Below, piece by piece: positions 1-8,770 of a stretch of DNA of 64,000 bases. The notes below the pieces were generated by a model that was not told the origin of the DNA, did not search any database, and worked only from the letters and a program-made list of their open reading frames with translations. The first letter of the stretch is position 1; each line of letters begins with the position of its first letter. The stretch is from Candidatus Omnitrophota bacterium (GTDB lineage: Bacteria; Omnitrophota; Omnitrophia; Omnitrophales; Aquincolibacteriaceae): NCBI GenBank assembly GCA_903884815.1, contig CAISGE010000043.1, positions 701-64,700 on the forward strand. Reading direction: 5' to 3'. The translations under genes were made by a program, and so were the position numbers.

Positions 1-127
1 TTTTCTCTGTACCATTTAATGAGGTTTTTATGGAGAGGGTCTATCAATTTCGACTCAAGCTCACTTAGATTGTCCCGAGCATCTTCCATTTTATGCTCTC
101 TCTCTTTTAAGGCATGTCTTAGAACGT

Positions 128-1477
128 CTACGCATGGCTATGTTCAAACGCCTCTCGCAAGACTGCCTGCGTCAAAAGTTCGGTTCTACATTCACGTTCG
201 ATTACTTGCTTCTCTAAATCATAAATCATGGCCATCAGCTCATTAACCCTCGCAACGATAATTCGTTGTTCCCAAATGGGCGGCAACGGAATAACCAAAT
301 TCATCAATGTGGGAAGTTTTATATTTGGTTGCCCCGCCATCTGATATGCGGCCTTCTTGATTTCAGGCTGTTTCGAACGAAGTAACATTAAGATATAATC
401 CTGATTGCTGTGCGAGGTTGGTTTAATACCTATCATGCTGTCGGGAAAACACATGTCCATCCCTAGAACGCCTAAATTTCCTATAGTCCCGCCAACGATA
501 GCCACTGCAATCGTACCTTTCACGAACTGTTTGGAAACTGAGAATCCTTTATCGTTTAAGGTTTGCTTAAAATCTGTTATGACATCTCCATTGGCACTTA
601 GAGAGCCTATCTGAATGAAAGGATATTTCCCGCCGTAACAGCTTTTGTCATTCCTTGGCCGAATCGAGAATCGACCTCTTTCAAACAATGCATAGTTGCC
701 AAACTTGCACCACACCCACCCTTCGGGCAAAACCATTTTGGTCTCTTCATCTGACGGAGGCGTTAAAATCTTTTCCTTACGCATTTTGCCTTTCGACACA
801 AGAATGTCTCTCTCGACTTGGATTTTCGCAAGAAGCTTTGAGGCATGATTTTCCCCTCTAGTCAGATGTGGATTTTGCCTCCGCCACTCCGAGGTAAGGT
901 TGCCAGCGATAGCTTCTTGAAGAATGGACTGACGTAGATATTTTAGATAATCAATCTGTTCTAAGTGGGTGGAACTCAATGCGTCAATTTTGTCAAAGCT
1001 TGAATTAATGCTATCTAACATTTTTTTTTGGTCGGATACAGACTTATGAATTGATAACCGTTGCCGAAGGAAAAACTCTTCTTTTATTCTTACCCGCCCC
1101 ATCCCTTTTGTTAACTGGTACAGCATATTTAAAAATAATCTTTGGCGGAAAAGATGTATCAAGTAATCTGGCAAAATAATTTTATCGTTGATTTCAAAAG
1201 TGGGCATTTCATTCGTAACAACTGCGCCGTCTAACTCTGCGGGAACTAGGCCGAAAGCTCCAGTATGGGCTGCCAGCCGTGAATAAATAAAGGAACCGCC
1301 CCTAACACGGTACGCTTTGTCTGCTTTTATATTTATACCTTTTTTTTCTTCCCGCAAACTCACAACGCCTGTTTTCGATATCGTCACAAGCTTATACATT
1401 TCATTCGCATGGATAGAAACATCGTCCTCGTATTGCTTAAGAAATGTCCCCAACTCAACGGCAATCATCTCATGCAT
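128..1477 (-). CDS. hsdS: Type I restriction-modification specificity subunit HsdS (two target-recognition domains)
   Basis: 449 aa. Overlaps hsdM by 8 nt, suggesting translational coupling. Two-repeat architecture with central and C-terminal coiled-coil spacers typical of HsdS. Confidence 0.8.
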   Translation of the reverse strand: MHEMIAVELGTFLKQYEDDVSIHANEMYKLVTISKTGVVSLREEKKGINIKADKAYRVRGGSFIYSRLAAHTGAFGLVPAELDGAVVTNEMPTFEINDKIILPDYLIHLFRQRLFLNMLYQLTKGMGRVRIKEEFFLRQRLSIHKSVSDQKKMLDSINSSFDKIDALSSTHLEQIDYLKYLRQSILQEAIAGNLTSEWRRQNPHLTRGENHASKLLAKIQVERDILVSKGKMRKEKILTPPSDEETKMVLPEGWVWCKFGNYALFERGRFSIRPRNDKSCYGGKYPFIQIGSLSANGDVITDFKQTLNDKGFSVSKQFVKGTIAVAIVGGTIGNLGVLGMDMCFPDSMIGIKPTSHSNQDYILMLLRSKQPEIKKAAYQMAGQPNIKLPTLMNLVIPLPPIWEQRIIVARVNELMAMIYDLEKQVIERECRTELLTQAVLREAFEHSHA

Positions 1478-2906
1478 TACTGAGCTCCTTTTTCAGCTTC
1501 TCTAGGAGCTCGTCACTTTTTCGAAACGAATCGTGGAGCATAGAAACAATCTCAGCACTCGAATTGAAGGACTCTTCTTCGGGCACATGCGGATTCTTGA
1601 TGTCGAGGCTGTATCCGTGCTCAGCTATCGTTTTTATTGAAACCTTCCACGCCTGCTCGTTCTCTTTGCGTTTCTTCCACCACTTTTTGAGACTTTCGAA
1701 TTCACTCGTTTGAATGGGCTTGGTTTTACTATACGCCTTCACAGCCTCTGGAAGCTTGTGCTCCCAATACCAAATTTCTTTAGTCGGCTTACCCCTTTCG
1801 AAGAAAAGAAGGTTCGTTGCAACACTGGCATAAGGCTGGAATACTGAGTTGGGTAATCGAACAATGGTATGCAGATTGCAGTTCTCAAGAAAGTGTTGGC
1901 GTATTCGTTGCTTTACGCCATCGCCTGTAAGCGAACCATCAGGCAAAACAATACCGGCCCGACCACCTTCGTTTAGATATCGAATCATTAGAAGCAGAAA
2001 CAAGTCCGCACTTTCCATTGTACGAAAGTTCTGAGGGAAATTCGTCTCTACTCCGTCTGTCACAGAGGCACCAAACGGCGGATTAGCAAGAATCACATCC
2101 ACACGGTCTTTCTGACCTATCGATGTGTATTCACGATTCAAGCTGTCTGTGTAATCGATGTTAGGAACTTCTATATCGTGCAAAATAAGGTTCGTGACAC
2201 TCAACATAAAAGGCAGAGGCTTGAATTCCATTCCATGGATTGTTTTCTCAAGCTCCTTAAGGTCTTTAACTCCCTTAACATCTTGCTTCCGAATGTTCTC
2301 AATGGCGCTAGTCAAGAAGCCACCTGTACCGCACGCCGGGTCTAATACTTTCTCCCCCAAGCGAGGGTTAATCATCTCTGTAATAAACTCGGTAAGCGCA
2401 CGAGGCGTATAAAACTCACCATAGTTGCCAGCATTTTGCAAGTCTCGCAAAATCGTTTCATAAATATCGCCAAACACATGACGGTCCTCGGAGCTGTTGA
2501 AGTCAATCTGGTTGAGCAGGTTAATCACTTGGCGAAGGATGGTGCCGTTTTTCATGTAGTTATTTGTGCCATCAAATATCTCACGGATAATCAATGCACG
2601 CTTGCTACCAGAGCTGACATCAAGATTCTTGAGTTGAGGGATTAGCTTGTCATCAATGAAATTCTTGAGCTCATCACCAGTCATCCCTTCGTCATCAGCC
2701 GCCCAATTACGCCACTGTAATTTTTTAGGCATAGCTGAAACATACTTGCCGTTAAGAAGCTCGAGCTCTTTATCTTTGTCATCCAATATTTTGAGACTAA
2801 TCATCCAGCCGAGCTGTTCAATGCGTTGAGCGTCACCGGATACGCCCGGGTCTTTGCGCATAATGTTTTGCAGGGCTTTGATAATACCGCCGATATTTTT
2901 CATCAC
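1470..2906 (-). CDS. hsdM: Type I R-M N6-adenine DNA methyltransferase HsdM
   Basis: 478 aa. Carries the ANPPFG catalytic motif (VILANPPFGAS) and the N-terminal HsdM domain. Confidence 0.9.
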   Translation of the reverse strand: MMKNIGGIIKALQNIMRKDPGVSGDAQRIEQLGWMISLKILDDKDKELELLNGKYVSAMPKKLQWRNWAADDEGMTGDELKNFIDDKLIPQLKNLDVSSGSKRALIIREIFDGTNNYMKNGTILRQVINLLNQIDFNSSEDRHVFGDIYETILRDLQNAGNYGEFYTPRALTEFITEMINPRLGEKVLDPACGTGGFLTSAIENIRKQDVKGVKDLKELEKTIHGMEFKPLPFMLSVTNLILHDIEVPNIDYTDSLNREYTSIGQKDRVDVILANPPFGASVTDGVETNFPQNFRTMESADLFLLLMIRYLNEGGRAGIVLPDGSLTGDGVKQRIRQHFLENCNLHTIVRLPNSVFQPYASVATNLLFFERGKPTKEIWYWEHKLPEAVKAYSKTKPIQTSEFESLKKWWKKRKENEQAWKVSIKTIAEHGYSLDIKNPHVPEEESFNSSAEIVSMLHDSFRKSDELLEKLKKELSNA

Positions 2907-2912
2907 AACTCC

Positions 2913-5309
2913 TTAGGCTACAGCGTAAATTTCGCGTTCAAGCTCTTCGATAGCTTCTAAATACTTATCTCTGCCACCAAATATTTTCACAATTTCAGCA
3001 GGGGTTCCAAATCGGTTGAAGGGTTCTACCCTTAAAACTGAAGGGTCTTCAATGTTGTCTATGCCCTCATCGGCATACTTATCCAACAAGGCATTCAGAA
3101 TTGTGCGAGCCTTATCCTCATACTTCGTGAAATAATTACGCTTCTTCACTTTGTCCGCACGCTCACGGCGTGTAAGAGGTGGCTTATCCCAAGCGATATG
3201 ACAAATAAGGTCGAATGCGTCCAAATCTTTCTTCACCTCAGAGAGGAGATTGTCGAGCATGATTCCATGTGATTCTAACTGGTCAATGACTGCTCGTTTC
3301 TTCTCGAAGCTATTCCACCTTGCAAGAAAGTCATCAAGAGACCGGAACTCCTTTAAGAGCCCATTTTTTGTATAGTCCTTCAGTGTCTCCGTAATTAATT
3401 TGCCATTCAAATCCAAATGCTGAACTCTCTCATTGAGCACAGAGACATCCACTCCGTTCACATAAACCTTCGGTCCTGGCCATGAGGTAATCGTTCCGCC
3501 CTTGATAATCTCGGGCTTGTTTACGCCGTCAGTTTTATCAAAGTCAACGGGCTTGCCTGTTTCACCGTCGATTATTTGAGTATCTCTCTCCGGGTTTATA
3601 ACTTCATCCGTCAGCTCTTCATCAGCCTTAATGACTTTAATCATTACCGGGTCACCATCAAAATCAGGGCGGGCAAAGATGTCTGTTGCGCTTCGAAAGT
3701 CAATAATAGTAAAGAAGGTTTTCCCGAAGTCCTCTCTGATGCGAGTTCCACGTCCTATGATTTGCTTGAATTCGGTAACAGATTTGATGTTCGAGTCGAG
3801 CACTATGAGTTTGCAGGTCTGAGCATCAACGCCAGTCGTCATTAACTTGGATGTAGTCGCAATAACAGGGTAGCGCTCTTCAGGATTAATGAAATTATCC
3901 ACCTGACGCTTGCCCTCATCGTCATCGCCTGTAATCCGCATCACGTACTTGTAATTCTCCTTTACCAAAGCAGGATTGAGTGTGACGAGAGCCCGTCGCA
4001 TGCGTTCTGCATGCTCAATATCAACGCAAAAAATAATCGTTTTATCAAAGCGATTGGTCTTCGTGAGATATTCAGTTACTTTTTTGGCAACCATTTGCGT
4101 TCGCTCATCTATGACGATGCTCTTGTCATAGTCCTTCGTATTGTAGATACGGTCTTCCACCTCTTTGCCGTCTTTGTCGGTCTTGCCTTCTTCAGGACGC
4201 CATCCTTCAAGGTCTGTATTGAGTCCCACACGGATGACCTTATAGGGTGCTAAAAATCCATCCTCAATGCCCTGCTTGAGCGTGTAGGTATAAACAGGGT
4301 CACCAAAGTATTCTATGTTCGAGACTTCTTTTGTCTCTTTCGGGGTGGCGGTCATGCCTATTTGCGTTGCAGAGCTGAAATAGTTCAATATCTCTCGCCA
4401 TGCGCTATCGGCATCGGCACTTCCTCTGTGGCACTCATCAACCACCACGAGGTCGAAGAAATCACGGCTAAATTCTTTGTAGGCATCCTTGTCCTCGTTG
4501 TAATCCACGAGCCCTTGATAGAGAGCAAGGTAGACCTCAAATGCCTTATCAATCTTCTTATGCTTGATAATCGTCATCTTGTCTTTGAAGTGCTTGAAGT
4601 CATTACGCTTGGTCTGGTCAAGAAGCACGTTGCGGTCAGCCAAGAATAGAATTCTCTTCTTCATGCCACTTTTCCAAAGGCGGTAGATAATCTGAAAAGC
4701 CGTATAGGTTTTTCCTGTTCCAGTAGCCATTACGAGAAGGATTCTGTTCTGTCCTTTAGCAATGGCTTCGACTGTTCGATTGATGGCAATTTGCTGATAG
4801 TAGCGTGGAGTTTTTCCGGAGCCTTCGTAGAAATAGTCAAAACTTGCAATCTCTTCCTGCTTCGGCGTGGCAATGCCCTTGAACTTCTTGTACATGCTCC
4901 AGAGAGCATCAGGGGAAGGAAAATTTTCTAAGGTCAGCTCAATTTCAATAGACGCTGAAAATCCGGAGCTGTCATGCTGAATAAACCCGTCCCCATTTGA
5001 ACTAAAAGCAACAGGCACATCCAGTATTTTCGCATACCCGAGAGCTTGTTGCATCCCAGCGCCAACAGAATGGTTGTTATCCTTCGCTTCAATGACAGCT
5101 ATGGGAATGTTAGGCTTGAGATAGAGAATGAAGTCTGCTCGCTTGCGTTCCCCTCGTGCAGTTTTTTGGCCTTTGACAAAAATTCGGCCATCTGTGAAAT
5201 AGACCTCTTCTCGGACTTGCTTCTGGATATCCCACCCGGCTTTGACGAGAGCTGGCAAGATGAACTGCGTGCAAATATCTCTTTCGGAGAGTTCTTTTTT
5301 GGATGTCAT
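2913..5309 (-). CDS. hsdR: Type I restriction endonuclease subunit HsdR (short form, 798 aa)
   Basis: N-terminal MTSKKELSERDICTQFILPALVKAGWD nuclease domain followed by SF2 helicase motifs (MATGTGKT, DECHRG). Confidence 0.9.
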   Translation of the reverse strand: MTSKKELSERDICTQFILPALVKAGWDIQKQVREEVYFTDGRIFVKGQKTARGERKRADFILYLKPNIPIAVIEAKDNNHSVGAGMQQALGYAKILDVPVAFSSNGDGFIQHDSSGFSASIEIELTLENFPSPDALWSMYKKFKGIATPKQEEIASFDYFYEGSGKTPRYYQQIAINRTVEAIAKGQNRILLVMATGTGKTYTAFQIIYRLWKSGMKKRILFLADRNVLLDQTKRNDFKHFKDKMTIIKHKKIDKAFEVYLALYQGLVDYNEDKDAYKEFSRDFFDLVVVDECHRGSADADSAWREILNYFSSATQIGMTATPKETKEVSNIEYFGDPVYTYTLKQGIEDGFLAPYKVIRVGLNTDLEGWRPEEGKTDKDGKEVEDRIYNTKDYDKSIVIDERTQMVAKKVTEYLTKTNRFDKTIIFCVDIEHAERMRRALVTLNPALVKENYKYVMRITGDDDEGKRQVDNFINPEERYPVIATTSKLMTTGVDAQTCKLIVLDSNIKSVTEFKQIIGRGTRIREDFGKTFFTIIDFRSATDIFARPDFDGDPVMIKVIKADEELTDEVINPERDTQIIDGETGKPVDFDKTDGVNKPEIIKGGTITSWPGPKVYVNGVDVSVLNERVQHLDLNGKLITETLKDYTKNGLLKEFRSLDDFLARWNSFEKKRAVIDQLESHGIMLDNLLSEVKKDLDAFDLICHIAWDKPPLTRRERADKVKKRNYFTKYEDKARTILNALLDKYADEGIDNIEDPSVLRVEPFNRFGTPAEIVKIFGGRDKYLEAIEELEREIYAVA

Positions 5310-5339
5310 TCTATGTTCTTCTTTTGCATATCTAAATTT

Positions 5340-6050
5340 TTAGACAACGTCAGGGAAACTTTTGAGAATCTTGTATTTCAAATAGGTATTAGTGGCTTCG
5401 ACAACTTCAATACGAACGCCTTTGAAACCAATCGTTTTACTTTCGTTTAAATCATACTGAATTTCTTGCGAGAATGCAGGGCGCATTACGTCATTGGAAA
5501 GTTCTCTATACATAAACTTAACGCTATTTCCTACCTTGCCATTATAGAGAAGCTCTTGTTGAAAACTTGCCTTATCGATGGCACGTATTTTTTTCAGCTG
5601 GTAGTTTGGCGTTGGTTCAGGAGGGCCTTTTGTATACGGATGGCTACCAGCAAGTAAAAAAACTTCTACGGAACTATTTTTTTTAGAAATTCGCAATCCA
5701 CCCACTGCTTGAAAAGGCGCCCCGCCAACAGTAAAGTCCTTTGAAGAAAAATACGTCCAATTAGAATCTTCGCATTGAACAATCAAGTCGCCCTGCGGTA
5801 TTGTTACTACTGAGCCATAAAGAAATGTCGTCTTGAAATCCCCCTTCGAGTGGACTTCATTAAGGAGTTTCATGCCCTGATAAGTATAGAGCGTGCCTTT
5901 TGAAACAATTGTGTCGCCCAGCTCCGCTTGTTGCTCTTGATTCAGTTTCGGGATATCTATTTTTTCTAAATTTGGCTGGATTCCTCTTAATGAAGCTGTA
6001 GCGCATCCGCTCATCAATATTAAAATCGCCGCAAGGTATATTTTTTTCAT
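5340..6050 (-). CDS. Lipoprotein of unknown function
   Basis: Lipobox signal (MKKIYLAAILILMSGC). Overlaps the upstream HTH gene by 4 nt. Confidence 0.6.
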   Translation of the reverse strand: MKKIYLAAILILMSGCATASLRGIQPNLEKIDIPKLNQEQQAELGDTIVSKGTLYTYQGMKLLNEVHSKGDFKTTFLYGSVVTIPQGDLIVQCEDSNWTYFSSKDFTVGGAPFQAVGGLRISKKNSSVEVFLLAGSHPYTKGPPEPTPNYQLKKIRAIDKASFQQELLYNGKVGNSVKFMYRELSNDVMRPAFSQEIQYDLNESKTIGFKGVRIEVVEATNTYLKYKILKSFPDVV

Positions 6051-6229
6051 TTACTCTTCCGGCCCAATAGCTTCTCGATGTGATAAGTTTGTATCTTATT
6101 TGGCGTCTTTATCTTTCCGGTAAACCACCTATTGACCGTGCAGAAAGAAACCCCTAGCCTTTCGGCGAGTTCCTGCTGGGAGATACGCTTTTCCAGTCGG
6201 TATGTTTCTAATTTTTCTATCAAGTTCAT
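6047..6229 (-). CDS. XRE-family helix-turn-helix transcriptional regulator (60 aa)
   Basis: HTH_3-like motif ISQQELAERLGVSFCTVNRW. Confidence 0.65.
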   Translation of the reverse strand: MNLIEKLETYRLEKRISQQELAERLGVSFCTVNRWFTGKIKTPNKIQTYHIEKLLGRKSK

Positions 6230-6297
6230 ATGTTTAGCCTCTTATAGCATCTTATATCATGTCGTGATAAACTCCAATTGGTTATTCTGGAGGAAAA

Positions 6298-7224
6298 ATG
6301 GCACTTAAAACATCGAAAAAAACATACCAAAAAAACTACCTGCATTCGCAGTTAAGATGGCAAATAGCGGTAAGAAATCCCGATTTTTCAAAAGCTTTGA
6401 TTCAGCTATTTAAAAAAATCGATGAGATTAACGAGAAGTTTGGCCTACCTTCAATAACTCATCCAGATTATAAAAGCGCTGTTAAAAAACTCGATGCGCA
6501 TTCCGACCTCGAAAGAATGCACGTAATTCTTCCCTTGATAGAAAAACTCAAAGAAAAGTTCAATCTTTCTACAATTGAAGTCAATACAGCACGCCTGCCT
6601 GATGACATAAGAAGGATATTTAATATTTTCACAGCCCCCGTTAGATTTTTATGGAATGAAAATCCGCATCCCGGCAGATATATAGACCTTCGCATCGATG
6701 CACTCGCTGATTTGGAAGTTATCAAGTGTCAGGTGGGCATGATGATGAAAGTCATTTGCAATGGCGAGAAAGAAGGCGTTTTTAAAATACCTGGCCGAGA
6801 ATCTCACAAATTGCACTTGAGCAAAGCGAGTACATATATTCGAGTCTTTGACATGAGAAAAAGAAAGCCGCCTGTCCCGTATGAAGAAATTGCTACAAAG
6901 CTACAGAAGGATGGTTTCTATAAGGGATTAACTTTGAAAAAAGTGGTCAATTCCGCACGGCACGATTTTAGTTTAATCTTTGAAGAAATATACGGTGTCC
7001 CTTTCAAACAATACGACGCAAAGAAATTTAAAAGTGCTGGCATTAAGGAGTGCGCCATATGCGAAAAAAGGTCGCAGTGCAAGGAACTTTGCGCCCCAAT
7101 TTCTTATTTGCTATCGCTAGAAGAGGTTAAGCAACAACATTTTATAAGCACAAAAGCAGACGCAAGAGAGCAGTACAGAGATACCCACTCAGAGGAAGAC
7201 GCAGAAGAGCACGCCAATATCTAG
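6298..7224 (+). CDS. Hypothetical protein (308 aa), island cargo
   Basis: Good RBS (GGAGGaaaaATG). Contains a CxxC...C...C cluster near the C-terminus. No recognisable family. Confidence 0.5.
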   Translation: MALKTSKKTYQKNYLHSQLRWQIAVRNPDFSKALIQLFKKIDEINEKFGLPSITHPDYKSAVKKLDAHSDLERMHVILPLIEKLKEKFNLSTIEVNTARLPDDIRRIFNIFTAPVRFLWNENPHPGRYIDLRIDALADLEVIKCQVGMMMKVICNGEKEGVFKIPGRESHKLHLSKASTYIRVFDMRKRKPPVPYEEIATKLQKDGFYKGLTLKKVVNSARHDFSLIFEEIYGVPFKQYDAKKFKSAGIKECAICEKRSQCKELCAPISYLLSLEEVKQQHFISTKADAREQYRDTHSEEDAEEHANI

Positions 7225-7243
7225 CAAAACAACATAGCCACAA

Positions 7244-7591
7244 TTGAGAGGGCGAGGGCAAATAGCTTCTCGCCTTTTTTGTTTTCAGTCATACCCCTTT
7301 TTTCACACTCCCGCAGGCGATGCTTTCCCAGCCTCGCTTTTTTATCCCCAGCAGATGGTCATGGGTATACCCGTTTTTTCACTTTCCCATAGGTGTATGA
7401 AACATGACACCGCAGAAAACAAACCAATTCAAGAGTGGGAAAGGAGGTATGAAAAGCCTCTCTCAGCAGAGGACTACAAGCAAATCTGTAGCAATCTCGA
7501 CGGGTTTTTCACACTGCTAAAAAAATGGGACCTAGCAAATCAAACACAAATAAAAGGAGACTGCCATGAGAAAAACAGTAAAAACATTTGA
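7244..7591 (+). CDS. Hypothetical small protein (start uncertain)
   Basis: ORF only. The N-terminal part may be non-coding. Confidence 0.25.
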   Translation: MRGRGQIASRLFCFQSYPFFHTPAGDAFPASLFYPQQMVMGIPVFSLSHRCMKHDTAENKPIQEWERRYEKPLSAEDYKQICSNLDGFFTLLKKWDLANQTQIKGDCHEKNSKNI

Positions 7592-7838
7592 ATACAACGG
7601 TGTAACCCTAACCTATGCGCATAAAAAATATAGGTGGAATGGCTGCTGGCGTGATGTCCCCACCGTTACTATCCGGAGGAATTACCTAGATAAAAAATCC
7701 GACTCAAAACGGCCCACATTTTACAGTGAGGTCGACATCAATAATCTTGCAATAGCTATGTGTGAATTAAGAGATTACATGCTATGCGCAGAGAGATTGG
7801 ATGAGCCCGGATATTGTATGGATTGGAACATTGGTTAA
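7566..7838 (+). CDS. Hypothetical protein (90 aa)
   Basis: RBS AAGGAG 8 nt upstream of the ATG. Confidence 0.5.
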   Translation: MRKTVKTFEYNGVTLTYAHKKYRWNGCWRDVPTVTIRRNYLDKKSDSKRPTFYSEVDINNLAIAMCELRDYMLCAERLDEPGYCMDWNIG

Positions 7839-7877
7839 AAAGCGTAGTGAAAATTAAACATAAAAAAGGAGAAAACA

Positions 7878-8207
7878 ATGCCAACGCTACTGAATGACGA
7901 CAGCGACTACGTACCATTTATAAACCCAAGCCAGATTACAGACGGGGAAGAAGTCGAATTTGTGTCGGAAGGGAAATATACAGACGACCAGTTCGGTTCC
8001 AATCGACTGCAAATGGACGTTCGTTTTTCGAATGGGCAAGTACAGAGACTTACTGTAAATAAAACGTCTCAAAAAAACTTGTCGACCGTCTATGGACCGG
8101 AAACCGAAGCTTGGGTTAATCGCAAAGCCCGAATAACTGCAACTAAAAGGCCAACGAGTGTGCCCGGAAAGTGGAAATTCGTAGTAACCCTCTACCCTAT
8201 CGAATAA
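7878..8207 (+). CDS. Hypothetical protein (109 aa)
   Basis: RBS AAAGGAG upstream of the ATG. Confidence 0.5.
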   Translation: MPTLLNDDSDYVPFINPSQITDGEEVEFVSEGKYTDDQFGSNRLQMDVRFSNGQVQRLTVNKTSQKNLSTVYGPETEAWVNRKARITATKRPTSVPGKWKFVVTLYPIE

Positions 8208-8229
8208 CACCAACCACCGTAGAGAGCAA

Positions 8230-8330
8230 CATCCCTATGGATATACATATATATACATATATGTTTTGTACTTTTTAGCATAGTTTTTCTTATGATTAAA
8301 ACTATATAAAAATACATATCCATAGGGATG
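8230..8330. repeat. Inverted repeat (15-bp perfect arms CATCCCTATGGATAT / ATATCCATAGGGATG) flanking a roughly 60-bp AT-rich spacer
   Basis: Read directly. Lies between the cargo genes and the recombinase promoter region. Confidence 0.6.
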
Positions 8331-8770
8331 CATGCTCAGAAAGAAAGCGTTATGCCCCTAGATGGAACGAATAAGAAATGCGAACAGTGCCAAGAGAAGT
8401 GCAAGCAGTGGCGGCAGGTCACAATAATTCACTGCCCTTTTTTTCGGAGCAAACAAAGTCTGCCTACCCCTTCAGCTAAGGCTGGAACCACCAGGATGAC
8501 TTCTGGGACACCCTTTTCTGAAGATGAGCATAGCACCTAGGTAAGACGCACCGGACCACCCTTTAAGCAGGCCGGACGCAAATACCAGCGATTTAACAAA
8601 GCTAAGCGATATAGACGCTTTGGGAGCTTATATGCAACCCCAGCATAAACAACGAATTCGCCCCTGAATTTAAAGGGGTTACGCACTTAATCCCACCTTG
8701 GCGGGCGTCGTTAATAAGCTATAATAAGCTATAAAACGCCATAATCGACCAACAGAAAAGGGGAATTGCT

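Noticed and set aside
8328-8540. 70-aa ORF 8328..8540 in the region upstream of the recombinase
   Set aside because: No RBS, and the product is low-complexity and Cys/Gln-rich. It overlaps the inverted-repeat and promoter region, so it is likely non-coding.
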